Below are positions 20,172 through 29,561 of a stretch of 64,000 nt of DNA, piece after piece. Numbering within the stretch: the first letter of the stretch is position 1; every line of letters starts with the position of its first letter. The notes under the pieces were generated by a model. The model saw only the letters and a program-made list of their open reading frames with translations, searched no databases and was not told the origin of the DNA. The DNA lies in the NCBI RefSeq assembly GCF_019417665.1, contig NZ_DXUU01000004.1, forward strand, positions 11,319 to 75,318, given 5' to 3'. The DNA is from Ruminococcus sp. GTDB lineage: Bacteria; Bacillota; Clostridia; Oscillospirales; Ruminococcaceae. The position numbers and the translations under genes are program-made.

Positions 20172-21654
20172 ATGCTTGGATGAGTGCGGCGATAATGGTT
20201 CTCGCAGCCTGTTCAGGGAGTGCCGTCAGTTTGAATCGCTGCTGCCGAGGGCCGTTACAGACCAGATAAAGATGCCCTACACCGTATTGCTTTTGCAGGG
20301 GTGTCTGTTTGAAATCTGCCCGGACAATGTGGCTTCGCTGGACGGTAATGGTGTGGAATGTGAACCATCGGCTGAAATGGAATTGAACTGTTTCACCGTC
20401 CATTGTCACATATTGCGTCATCAGGGAGACAATTCGGATCAGCAGCAGCCATACCAGAGGGATCACCAGCATGACCGAGAAAAAGCGGATCATGGAGTCG
20501 AATTCAGGCAGAAGCCGCAGCAGCAGGAATCGTACCGGGAGAATGGCACACAGTCCGATGACCGGCGGCCAGACAAATGACCAGAAAAAACGCAGGTTTG
20601 AACGGGCGATCATACGGGGATTTTTCAGGATCTGGGCGGCATGAAGTTTTTGCAGCAGCGCCTGAGAAGAACGCTTTCGCACCAGAGGGATGAGCACAGG
20701 CAGAGTGTCCCGGCGGCTTCCATAGCCCGGACAGCGGATGTGTAAGGAGACCATACCGCAGATCTTCATGATCAGGTTCTGCCGCAGGTCGGGAAAAACA
20801 ATGGCAGAGTCTCGAAGATGATATCGCCGCCGGGTGAGGATCCCCATGTGGACAGAAATAAATTGACTGCCGAATCGGATACGGAATCTGGCATATCGCA
20901 AGAGATTCCGCCCGAAGGAGATCAGCCACAGTGACAGGATCACGATGCCGATGGTGATGGCAATACGAGGAACACCGTGAAATGCCGAGGAAGCTCGTTC
21001 TGTGGCATCCTCCAAAAGCTGCTGTGCCTGGAACTGCTCCAGCAGATCCGATGTGATCCTGCCGCCTTCGAAAAAGAGGGCAGCAATGTACAGGGCGCCG
21101 GAAAAGCTGCTGGAAAACAGTGCCGAAAAGAGCAGCACACGCCATGCCGGGGTGTGATATGCCACGGCCTTGGAACTGTCGTTTTGCAGTACGGGAATAT
21201 GCTGCCGCATATGGTGCAGATCCCGGAGATAGAGGATCAGTTTCATGTCTGCCTCGGGGACAGCGCCGGACGCTGTGCTGATCTGTAACCGGACGGCACG
21301 GATGGGGCGCAGATAAAAGGAGTGTTCTTCCACAGTGCAGGTGATGCGCTCCAAAGGGATCTCCGTGCCCCTTTGCAGCAGCAGACCGCTTTGAGAGTGA
21401 ATGGAGACTTCGTCAAAGTAGTAGATACAGGACTGCCACCGCAGCGTACCGATCCCCAGGATCAACAAGGCAATGAGCAAGTCAAACCATGTACCGGCGC
21501 CCCAGTCAATAAGATTTTGCAGGGAAAAGGGGTAAAAACGCAGACTGCGCAGTAGGGGGAAAATCAACAGCCAAAGGTTCTTGGCGCTGTAGCGCAGGAT
21601 CTTGATAGGATGCTCCCGATAAATGGTGACATCCGGCGGTGCATTTATCGACAT
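20170..21654 (-). CDS. YdbT-like membrane protein with repeated bacterial PH (bPH_2) domains
   Basis: 494 aa, alternating TM pairs and roughly 80-aa soluble modules. Size and pairing with a 155-aa YdbS-like gene mirror B. subtilis ydbS-ydbT. Confidence 0.6.
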   Translation of the reverse strand: MSINAPPDVTIYREHPIKILRYSAKNLWLLIFPLLRSLRFYPFSLQNLIDWGAGTWFDLLIALLILGIGTLRWQSCIYYFDEVSIHSQSGLLLQRGTEIPLERITCTVEEHSFYLRPIRAVRLQISTASGAVPEADMKLILYLRDLHHMRQHIPVLQNDSSKAVAYHTPAWRVLLFSALFSSSFSGALYIAALFFEGGRITSDLLEQFQAQQLLEDATERASSAFHGVPRIAITIGIVILSLWLISFGRNLLRYARFRIRFGSQFISVHMGILTRRRYHLRDSAIVFPDLRQNLIMKICGMVSLHIRCPGYGSRRDTLPVLIPLVRKRSSQALLQKLHAAQILKNPRMIARSNLRFFWSFVWPPVIGLCAILPVRFLLLRLLPEFDSMIRFFSVMLVIPLVWLLLIRIVSLMTQYVTMDGETVQFHFSRWFTFHTITVQRSHIVRADFKQTPLQKQYGVGHLYLVCNGPRQQRFKLTALPEQAARTIIAALIQA

Positions 21655-21701
21655 GCGTTCCTCCTTTCCGACGGTTGTTTTGTGTGAATATGCACGCTGG
21701 G

Positions 21702-22169
21702 TCAGACTTTTTTTGGCTGCGTCTGACCATTCTGATACACTGTTCTTTGCAGGAATGCCTGGATCTCTGCTGCATCAGACTTGCTCAAAAATGCAAGAAA
21801 AACTGTACCGCCGTATGCATGCAGAGGAATGAAATTCATGCCGGTCTTGTGGGAACCTGGTATCCGAAAGATGCTGCTGAACTGGAGCGCCTGGGTGCGC
21901 ATGGTCTGTTCCTGAATGAAGAAAATGCCGCAGCGTTTGGTGATATGGGTGTCAGAGACCGTATAGGAAACGGTGCAGAACCACATGGGCAGAAGCAGCG
22001 TGGAAAGCAGTATCGCTGCTGCCGCAAAAATAATTGTCAGTGTCCAGAGCATCCAATGGGGCAGAAAAGCAAGAAAATACCACACCAGAATGATCAGAAC
22101 AACGGCAAGAATGGGTGTTGCAATTTGTAATGTATACTGCGCATGGCGATCGGCATTGTACTGTTTCAT
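21702..22169 (-). CDS. YdbS-like membrane protein (single bPH_2 domain)
   Basis: 155 aa. Two N-terminal TM helices and a C-terminal soluble domain. Located immediately upstream of the YdbT-like gene. Confidence 0.55.
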   Translation of the reverse strand: MKQYNADRHAQYTLQIATPILAVVLIILVWYFLAFLPHWMLWTLTIIFAAAAILLSTLLLPMWFCTVSYTVSDTHITKRCGIFFIQEQTMRTQALQFSSIFRIPGSHKTGMNFIPLHAYGGTVFLAFLSKSDAAEIQAFLQRTVYQNGQTQPKKV

Positions 22170-22279
22170 GCGTTCCTCCTGAGGGCATACTTTTCTATGT
22201 CACTATCATATAATAATATATCAATATTATACCTTATGAATGCGGATACGTCAAGAAAAAATGTGCGAGAATTTTGATT

Positions 22280-22420
22280 GAATGAGGAATGAGGAGTTAG
22301 GAATTAGGAATGGCGGTGTTCGCTTCGCTCACAAATAAAAAACACTATGGTTTACATTTTTTAATGTATCGCCGTAGGCGATACCATCATTCTTCATTCC
22401 TAACACCTCATTCCTAATTT
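22280..22420. repeat. Dispersed repeat family A, composite copy (long imperfect inverted repeat)
   Basis: Arms aggaatgaggagttaggaattaggaatg (22286-22313) and cattcttcattcctaacacctcattcct (22389-22416) are inverted copies. They flank GC-rich cores, including the perfect hairpin gtatcgcc-gta-ggcgatac (22366-22384). Confidence 0.7.
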
Positions 22421-22438
22421 TAAAACGGGGAGATTGTT

Positions 22439-23803
22439 ATGCTGGAACGAATTGCATCTATGGTCTGGGGGACGGGTCTGTTGGTACTTTTGCTGGGGAC
22501 AGGACTGTGGCTGAGTCTGCGCAGCCACTTTTTTCAACTGCGCAGCTGGAAAACCATTCTTCACGAAACGTTCGGCGGTCTGCGCCGGGGTTCTGGCGAG
22601 ACAAAAGACGGCACGCCTGCCTTGACGCAGTTCCAGACTTTTTCCGCAGCATTGGCGGCGGCGATGGGTACGGGGAATGTCATTGGCGTGGCAACTGCCC
22701 TATGCATCGGCGGCCCGGGAGCAATTTTCTGGATGTGGATCTCGGCTCTGCTGGGCATGATGCTGACTTATACGGAAAATGTATTGGCAATGCGCTATGC
22801 CCGTGAATTGCCGGATGGTACTCGTGTGGGCGGCCCTATGGCGTATCTGCGCTATGGTCTGGGCAGCCGGACGCTGGCGGCGCTGTATGCAGTTTTTTGT
22901 ATCGCTGCATCTTTGGGGATGGGCAATATGACCCAAAGCAGTGCCATTTCTGCGTTGGCAGAGGAGGCATTTTCTGTGCCGCCTCTTGCAGTGGGGATTA
23001 TTGTAGCGGTTTTGCTGGGCTGTATTTTGCTTCGTGGGGTGCGAGGTGTGGGCAGCGTGATTCAGTGGCTCATGCCTTTGCTGTCAGCGGCGTATATGCT
23101 GTCTGCACTGGCAGTGATCGTTTTGCATGGAGAGGCTTTGCCCCAGGCATTTCAGTCGATATTTCGGGGCGCATTTGGGCTTGATGCAGTGGGCGGTGGC
23201 ATTTCTGGTGCATTGCTTCGGGAGGCAGTGCGGACGGGTCTGCGCCATGGGGTATTTTCTAACGAAGCCGGTCTGGGAAGCAGCGCTCTGGTTCATGCTG
23301 GGGGATGCTCACGGGATGCGTCTCTTCAAGGCATGTGGAGCATGGTAGAGGTAGCACTGGATACCCTGGTATGCTGTACACTGACAGCTCTGGCAGTGCT
23401 TACCAGCGGTGCTATGGAACAGGCAGAGGATGCCGGAGGAATGATTACAGCAGCATTTTCCGGCATCTTCGGCGGTGCTTCGCCTCAAATCATGGCAATT
23501 ATGACAGCACTTTTTGCCTTCTGTACCCTTATCGGCTGGTGCTGCTGCGGGGAACAGGCAGTACACTATCTCTGGGGCACACGGGGACTTCAGCCCTATC
23601 GCATTTTATTCTGTCTGGCTGCCGGTGTCGGCGCTGTAGTCTCTCTGGGGGCAGTGTGGGCTGTCTCAGATATTGCCAATGGACTCATGGCGATTCCCAA
23701 TCTTCTGGGGCTTCTTTTGCTGTCGGGAAAGGGAACGCCGCATTGTGCCGAAAAAAAGAAGGTTTCTGGCGGTTTTGTAGAAATTCCGGAGTGTGAGTCG
23801 TGA
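22439..23803 (+). CDS. Alanine/glycine:cation (Na+) symporter, AGCS family
   Basis: Signature AMGTGNVIGVATALCIGGPGAIFWMW. About 11 TM segments. Confidence 0.85.
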   Translation: MLERIASMVWGTGLLVLLLGTGLWLSLRSHFFQLRSWKTILHETFGGLRRGSGETKDGTPALTQFQTFSAALAAAMGTGNVIGVATALCIGGPGAIFWMWISALLGMMLTYTENVLAMRYARELPDGTRVGGPMAYLRYGLGSRTLAALYAVFCIAASLGMGNMTQSSAISALAEEAFSVPPLAVGIIVAVLLGCILLRGVRGVGSVIQWLMPLLSAAYMLSALAVIVLHGEALPQAFQSIFRGAFGLDAVGGGISGALLREAVRTGLRHGVFSNEAGLGSSALVHAGGCSRDASLQGMWSMVEVALDTLVCCTLTALAVLTSGAMEQAEDAGGMITAAFSGIFGGASPQIMAIMTALFAFCTLIGWCCCGEQAVHYLWGTRGLQPYRILFCLAAGVGAVVSLGAVWAVSDIANGLMAIPNLLGLLLLSGKGTPHCAEKKKVSGGFVEIPECES

Positions 23804-23839
23804 ATAATTGTCCAAAAAGCAAATTTTTCTCAAATTCCA

Positions 23840-23868
23840 TTGACATTGAATTCAGGAAATCGTATAAT
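23840..23868 (+). promoter_or_regulatory. Perfect consensus sigma-A promoter with no ORF behind it
   Basis: TTGACA (23840-23845), a 17-nt spacer, then TATAAT (23863-23868). The next credible start codon is rnj at 24500. Confidence 0.6.
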
Positions 23869-24061
23869 AAAACTATGTATTGCTGTACGTGAAAGTGGAA
23901 TTGCAGAAACAGAACGCATTTTTATAGGGCGAAGATTGTTTCTGCATCGGAATTTATTGTATGAGAATGCTGCCTGCTGTGCGGACGTTTTATTGCCGGT
24001 AGGCCGTATTTTATATTTTATACATACGGGAATGCTGTATTCTTGCGTGATACAGTAAGAG

Positions 24062-24216
24062 TCTGTTCAGTATCTGGGCGTGCGCAGATTGCACAGTCAG
24101 ATTTTTTGGGAGATGAAGTGAAAAACGGAGGAAATCCTTTGTGGATTTCCGAGTATTTTCGCAAAATCCCCCAGAAAAGATGCAAGCAAGATGCGTGCGA
24201 AAAGATGCTGAACAGG
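24062..24216. repeat. Palindromic element, repeat family C copy 2
   Basis: Collinear similarity with 12281-12395 (cagtcagattttt, agatgaa, aaaa(a)cggag, cgag(c/t)atttt, gaaaagatgcaagca). Outer arms ctgttcagtatct (24063-24075) / agatgctgaacag (24203-24215). Central hairpin ggaaatcc-tttgt-ggatttcc (24130-24150). Confidence 0.6.
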
Positions 24217-24499
24217 CTCTAAGAACCGGTGAAATCCAGGGCGATGTGTACAGGATGTGCTGTGTACAATGGCTGTCCCCGAAGAGAATGGAACGATGCA
24301 AATTCGGTGTGAACGACCGGAAAACAGGGACTGCTGCACGAAAAAGCACGGAATTGCAGAACGATCAAACAATGCACGAACCTTGTTAAAAAGAGAATAC
24401 GGATCTTTTGGGAAAGCGATAGAAAGAACTTTGGAGATCTGTAGGAATACTGCAAATTGACACTGCCATCGCCAATTGGAAGAAAGCGAGGATATTTGA

Positions 24500-26341
24500 T
24501 TGGCTACAGAAAAGGAACAGGTACGTGAACCACGCAACGGTTCACAGACAAGAAAGAGAAATTATGGTGCAAGACTGCGTCAGCAGAGCGGTGAACGGAA
24601 AAACGCCGGCGGATACCGCAGCAATGGCAGCCGTGGCGGTGCAGCACAGCAGACAAAAACACCAAAACGGGAACAGCAGAAGCGTACACCGGTACGGATC
24701 ATACCTTTAGGCGGTCTGAATGAGATCGGAAAGAATATGACTGTGTTCGAGTGCAGCAATGACATGTTCATTCTAGACTGCGGATTGGCATTCCCGGATA
24801 TGGACATGCCGGGTGTCGATATTGTCATTCCGGATTTCACCTATGTGGAGGGAAACAAGGACCGTGTGCGTGGTATTGTCATTACCCATGGTCATGAGGA
24901 TCATATCGGCGGTCTGGCATATCTTCTGAAAAAAATGAATGTGCCCATTTACGGCACCCGCATGACCCTGGGGCTCATCCGGGGCAAGCTGGAGGAACAT
25001 GGTCTCCTCAAGCAGGCGAAGCTCATTGAAGTTGAACCACGGAAAACTGTAAAAATGGGCTGTATGGCAGTGGAATTCATCAAGGTGAACCACTCTATCC
25101 CCGGCGCAGTGGGTATGGCGATCCATACCCCGGCAGGCATTATTGTGCATACCGGTGACTTCAAGGTGGACTTTTCACCGATTGACGATGAAATCATTGA
25201 TCTGGCACGTTTCGGCGAGTTGGGCAGCCGCGGCGTTCTGGCACTTATGGCAGATTCTACTAATGCAGAACGGACAGGGTTTACTTGCTCTGAGCGCACC
25301 GTAGGCGGCTCCTTTGAGAAATTGTTCAAACGTGCTGAGGGACGGCGTATCATCATTGCGACATTTTCATCTAATGTGCATCGTGTACAGCAGATTATTG
25401 ACCAGGCAGAGCACTACGGCAGAAAGGTTGCCGTATTCGGGCGCAGCATGATCCATGTCATTGAAACAGCTACAGAACTGGGCTATTTGACGGTACCCAA
25501 GGGTATGATCATTGACATTGACGAAATGAGCCGTTATCCTGACGAGAAGATTGTTCTTGTGACAACAGGAAGCCAGGGTGAGCCGCTTTCGGCACTGACA
25601 CGGATGGCCATGAACAGCCACAAAAAGGTGTCCATTACGCCCAATGACTTTATTATTATTTCGGCAAAACCCATTCCGGGCAACGAAAAATATGTGACTC
25701 GTGTGGTCAACGAATTGATGAAATCTGGGGCAGAGGTGATCTATGAGTCTATGTACGAGGTGCATGTCTCCGGTCACGCCTGTCAGGAAGAACTGAAACT
25801 CATTCAGGCACTGACAAAGCCCAAGTTCTTCATCCCGGTGCACGGTGAATATAAGCATCTGGTGAAACATGCGGAAATTGCGAAATCTATGGGAATGCCG
25901 GAAGAGCGCATCCTGATCTCCAGTATTGGTGATGTGATCGAAACAGACGGTCAGACCATGCGTGTGGTATCTCAGGTGCCCGCAGGTCGTGTTATGGTAG
26001 ACGGTCTGGGTGTAGGTGACGTTGGCTCTATCGTACTTCGTGATAGAAAGCATCTGGCGCAGGATGGTCTGATCATTGTGGTGATCGGCATTGAGCGCAT
26101 GTCGAATACGCTGGTTGCCGGCCCGGATATTATCTCCCGCGGATTTGTCTATGTCCGGGAATCGGAAGAGCTTATGGACGAGGCACGCCGTGTGATGGTA
26201 AAGGTGCTGGACGGATGCAGCGCCCACGATCTGAAGGAGTGGGGCACGCTGAAAACCAAGCTGCGTGACGTTCTGTCTGACTTTATCTATGAAAAGACCA
26301 AGCGCCGTCCCATGATTCTACCCATTATTATGGAAGTATAA
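24500..26341 (+). CDS. rnj: Ribonuclease J
   Basis: Metallo-beta-lactamase motif HGHEDHIGG plus beta-CASP and C-terminal domains. Basic N-terminal extension. TTG start after GAGGA. Confidence 0.9.
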   Translation: MATEKEQVREPRNGSQTRKRNYGARLRQQSGERKNAGGYRSNGSRGGAAQQTKTPKREQQKRTPVRIIPLGGLNEIGKNMTVFECSNDMFILDCGLAFPDMDMPGVDIVIPDFTYVEGNKDRVRGIVITHGHEDHIGGLAYLLKKMNVPIYGTRMTLGLIRGKLEEHGLLKQAKLIEVEPRKTVKMGCMAVEFIKVNHSIPGAVGMAIHTPAGIIVHTGDFKVDFSPIDDEIIDLARFGELGSRGVLALMADSTNAERTGFTCSERTVGGSFEKLFKRAEGRRIIIATFSSNVHRVQQIIDQAEHYGRKVAVFGRSMIHVIETATELGYLTVPKGMIIDIDEMSRYPDEKIVLVTTGSQGEPLSALTRMAMNSHKKVSITPNDFIIISAKPIPGNEKYVTRVVNELMKSGAEVIYESMYEVHVSGHACQEELKLIQALTKPKFFIPVHGEYKHLVKHAEIAKSMGMPEERILISSIGDVIETDGQTMRVVSQVPAGRVMVDGLGVGDVGSIVLRDRKHLAQDGLIIVVIGIERMSNTLVAGPDIISRGFVYVRESEELMDEARRVMVKVLDGCSAHDLKEWGTLKTKLRDVLSDFIYEKTKRRPMILPIIMEV

Positions 26342-26365
26342 CAGAAAATCCGAGGAGAATGCAGC

Positions 26366-28333
26366 ATGAAACGAAAATATGGGGTAATCATCGCCACAGG
26401 GATCTTGTGGTTCATCAGCGTTCTGGTACCGCTGTTTTTGGCGGTGCTCAGGCGGATGCCCCAGCGGTGGCTGGCGACACAGTTCCTGGTGATTTTGCTG
26501 CTCAGTATTGTACTTTGTGCAGAGTGGTTCTGGCTGCGCCGTGCAGAACGGCAGCAGACCACAGCTGTCCGCGGAGAGATCGAAGGAGCTGGTATGGCAG
26601 CGCTTCAGAGCTTGGGTGTGCCAGTGATCCTGACATCCCACAGTGGAGAAATTGTCTGGTGTAACGATATGTTCCGTAGTCGTTTTGTGCCCAATCGTTC
26701 TGTTCTGGGACGATCGGTGCAGGATGTGATCCATCTGAATCTAGCTGCGTTGGGACAGAATCGGGATCTGCTTATGGAGCACAACGGCTTGAGCTATCGG
26801 GTGCACGCTGTTCCCAGTGTGCAGAATCAGCAGGAATTCATTGCTGTGCAGTTCTTGGAAATCACCGATATTTTGCGGCTGCAAAATGAAAATACCAATT
26901 CCAGACCTTGTGTCATGCTGCTGGTCATCGATAGCTATGACGATTTGCTGCAATACGCTAAGGAAAGTGAAAAAGCGCAGGTTTCTGCTGAGGTGGAGCG
27001 TGTGCTGGAAAACTTTATGCAGGGTACAGATGGCGTGATCCGCAAGGTGGAGAACGATCTGTTCTATGCGGTCATGGAGTCCCGGCATCTGCATGAGATC
27101 ATGAACAACCGCTTTCATGTGTTGGACGAGGCACGGCAGATCCGGGTCAATGATCGGATGCATATTACTTTTTCCATTGGTGTAGGAGACGGTGCAGCTT
27201 CGCTGGCAGAGAGTGAAAAGTTTGCCCGGCAGTCTCTGGATATGGCACTGGGACGCGGCGGCGATCAGGCGGCAGTCAAGACGGAAAATGGGTTCTGTTT
27301 CTTCGGCGGCGCTTCTAAGGGCGTGGAGAAGAAGTCCAAGACCAAGATTCGTTCCATTGCCCTGGCGCTTCAGGAACTCATAGAGAATTCCGATCAGGTA
27401 TTTCTCATGGGACACCGTTTCGGTGATCTGGACTCCATTGGTTCGGCGTGCGGACTTGCCGGTGCAGTGTGGCTTATGCAGAAGCCGGCGTATGTGGTAG
27501 TACACCAGCAGAGTTGCCTTGCCACTCAGCTGATTCAGCGGATGAAGCAGTGCAGCGACAGCCCCTGTTTCATCGAACCCATGGATGCCCTGGCGCAGGT
27601 GACAGAGAACAGTCTGCTCATTGTGGTGGATACCCACAACAAGGATATTCTGGAAAGTCTGGACTTGTACCATGCGGCACGGTATGTGGTGGTTATTGAC
27701 CATCACCGAAAAAACGTCAATTTCATCGAAAATGCGGTGATTTTTCACCACGAACCCTACGCTTCATCGGCGTCGGAGATGGTGACGGAGATCATACAGT
27801 ATTTCCGTCTCGATACGGAGATATCGGCGGCATATGCCGATGCGCTTCTGGCAGGCATTATGCTGGATACAAAAAATTTCGTCATGCGCACTGGTGTGCG
27901 TACTTTTGAAGCGGCGGCATATTTGCGGAAGATCGGTGCAGATACCATTCAGGTAAAAACGCTGTTTTCCAATACCATTTCCGCCTATTCCATGCGGTCG
28001 CAGATTGTTTCCCATGCAGAATTGTACCGCAACAACGCCATTTCCGTAGTGAAAATGCAGGGGCAGGACATGCGTGTGATTGCTTCTCAGGCGGCAGACG
28101 AACTGCTGAGCATTCAGGGGGTGGAGGCATCCTTTGTGCTGTATCTGGAGGAACACGGCGTGAGTATTTCTGCACGCTCTATGGGAAATGTCAATGTCCA
28201 GGTGATCATGGAACAGCTGGGCGGCGGTGGTCACCAGACTATGGCTGCGGCACAGCTGCCGAAGTGTACCATTCAGGAGGCAAAGGAACAGCTGCTGCTG
28301 ATCCTGGAGGCGCAGGAAATGCAGAAAAATTAG
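26366..28333 (+). CDS. gdpP: Cyclic-di-AMP phosphodiesterase GdpP (TM-PAS-degenerate GGDEF-DHH/DHHA1)
   Basis: Two N-terminal TM helices. DHH motif VVIDHH and DHHA1 motif GGGGH. Conserved position upstream of rplI-dnaB. Confidence 0.85.
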   Translation: MKRKYGVIIATGILWFISVLVPLFLAVLRRMPQRWLATQFLVILLLSIVLCAEWFWLRRAERQQTTAVRGEIEGAGMAALQSLGVPVILTSHSGEIVWCNDMFRSRFVPNRSVLGRSVQDVIHLNLAALGQNRDLLMEHNGLSYRVHAVPSVQNQQEFIAVQFLEITDILRLQNENTNSRPCVMLLVIDSYDDLLQYAKESEKAQVSAEVERVLENFMQGTDGVIRKVENDLFYAVMESRHLHEIMNNRFHVLDEARQIRVNDRMHITFSIGVGDGAASLAESEKFARQSLDMALGRGGDQAAVKTENGFCFFGGASKGVEKKSKTKIRSIALALQELIENSDQVFLMGHRFGDLDSIGSACGLAGAVWLMQKPAYVVVHQQSCLATQLIQRMKQCSDSPCFIEPMDALAQVTENSLLIVVDTHNKDILESLDLYHAARYVVVIDHHRKNVNFIENAVIFHHEPYASSASEMVTEIIQYFRLDTEISAAYADALLAGIMLDTKNFVMRTGVRTFEAAAYLRKIGADTIQVKTLFSNTISAYSMRSQIVSHAELYRNNAISVVKMQGQDMRVIASQAADELLSIQGVEASFVLYLEEHGVSISARSMGNVNVQVIMEQLGGGGHQTMAAAQLPKCTIQEAKEQLLLILEAQEMQKN

Positions 28334-28373
28334 GGATGCTAAATTCTCGTTTTATATAGAAAGGATGATCACA

Positions 28374-28820
28374 ATGAAGGTTATTTTTACACAGGATGTG
28401 AAGGGCTCCGGCAAAAAGGGCGAGGTCAAGAATGTGTCTGACGGTTATGCACGGAATATGCTGCTGAAGAAAGGACTTGCAGTAGAGGCAACGGCAAAGA
28501 ATCTGTCAGAACTGGCAGGCAAGCAGTCCTCTGTGGCACACAAGATCGATGTGGAAAAGCAGAATGCCCAGGAGACAGCGGATAAGCTGAGCGGTAAGAC
28601 TGTAAAGGCTGTGGCGAAGGCAGGAAATGGCGGCAGACTGTTTGGTGCAGTGACTGCGGCACAGATCGCTGAGTGCATTGAAGCGCAGTATCAGTGCAAG
28701 ATCGACAAGAAAAAGATCAGCCTGAAGTCAGATATCAAGAATTTCGGCACTTATGAGGCGGAGATTCGTCTGTATGCCGGCATTACGGCAAAGGTGACGG
28801 TGGAAGTTGTCGAGGGGTAA
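28374..28820 (+). CDS. rplI: 50S ribosomal protein L9
   Basis: [31 protein letters not shown] at 28374. Confidence 0.95.
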   Translation: MKVIFTQDVKGSGKKGEVKNVSDGYARNMLLKKGLAVEATAKNLSELAGKQSSVAHKIDVEKQNAQETADKLSGKTVKAVAKAGNGGRLFGAVTAAQIAECIEAQYQCKIDKKKISLKSDIKNFGTYEAEIRLYAGITAKVTVEVVEG

Positions 28821-28841
28821 GTGATCTCTTGGAAATGGATG

Positions 28842-28871
28842 GAATGCGGGTCGTGGTTGCGTCCCGCATTC
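28842..28871 (+). terminator. Hairpin after rplI (possible weak terminator)
   Basis: 9-bp stem gaatgcggg/cccgcattc followed by attattct, only a weak U-tract. Confidence 0.4.
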
Positions 28872-28906
28872 ATTATTCTATGGATTTGGGGAAAGAGGTT
28901 TAGAAT

Positions 28907-29545
28907 ATGGCAGCAACGATAAAACTTGTTATTTATGTGATAGTGTTGATTGCAATATTACTTGTGTATCGCCAATATAAAAAAAGACAAAAGAATGCAA
29001 AAGCCACGTTGCTTCTGATTTTTTCTGTTAGTGCTCTAGTTGCTCTTTATTCCTTGCGGTTGGAAAATCTGGTGCTGTCTTATGAATCTCCGCAAAGTGC
29101 TTTTTTAAATAGTGGCTGTCATGGTACCATGCAGAAGATTGTGGATACAGAGGATTCTACATTTATAATCTATAATCAGAGTGGTGGAGAATCATATCTT
29201 TTTCTTACAAAGCAAAATGGTAGATGGAAAGTGCCGTTGAACAGGAAAACGCCGCTTATCGCCGCAGTAAATCCCAATATTTTGGTGTCAGTGTGCAAGG
29301 AAGATGATGTTCAAAATTGTTACATTGCATTGACGGTAATGGATGAGAGAAAAGTGAATGTTTCAGATAACAAAAGCACTGTGTTCGAACAATATAGCGA
29401 AAGCATGTATACTCAAAAATATGTAGCCTTTGTGGAAAATGTGGATGAAACATACTGTATTCAGGTGAACAATTTAGAAATATATCTGAATATACTTATG
29501 CCTTCGTTATTTTCTGCTCCGGCAAAAGGAACAATTATATCATAA
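28907..29545 (+). CDS. Hypothetical membrane-anchored protein, AT-rich orphan between rplI and dnaB
   Basis: 212 aa. Two N-terminal TM helices. No motif I recognise. RBS GAAAGAGG. Hand counts on two 60-nt lines gave 28% and 37% G+C. Confidence 0.55.
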   Translation: MAATIKLVIYVIVLIAILLVYRQYKKRQKNAKATLLLIFSVSALVALYSLRLENLVLSYESPQSAFLNSGCHGTMQKIVDTEDSTFIIYNQSGGESYLFLTKQNGRWKVPLNRKTPLIAAVNPNILVSVCKEDDVQNCYIALTVMDERKVNVSDNKSTVFEQYSESMYTQKYVAFVENVDETYCIQVNNLEIYLNILMPSLFSAPAKGTIIS

Positions 29546-29561
29546 TACAGGAGGTTATGTT

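Noticed and set aside
20504-21145. 213-aa alternative-frame ORF on the same strand inside the ydbT-like gene
   Set aside because: It is fully nested in a longer ORF that has coherent TM/PH-domain architecture. Its own translation is Pro/Arg/Ala/Cys-rich with no start signals.
23875-24106. Possible 6S RNA (consensus promoter, about 230 nt, hairpin plus T-run at the end)
   Set aside because: I could not fold it by eye into the closing stem / central bubble / terminal stem architecture. The apparent terminator is part of a dispersed palindromic repeat. It is kept only as an unclassified ncRNA/leader candidate.
24141-24389. 82-aa ORF with a GGAGGA-like RBS and GTG start in the rnj upstream region
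   Set aside because: The RBS and start codon are the two arms of the family-C central hairpin. The homologous copy at 12318 opens only a very short ORF (6 codons), so coding is not conserved. The composition (Cys/Arg/Trp/Lys-rich) looks non-coding.
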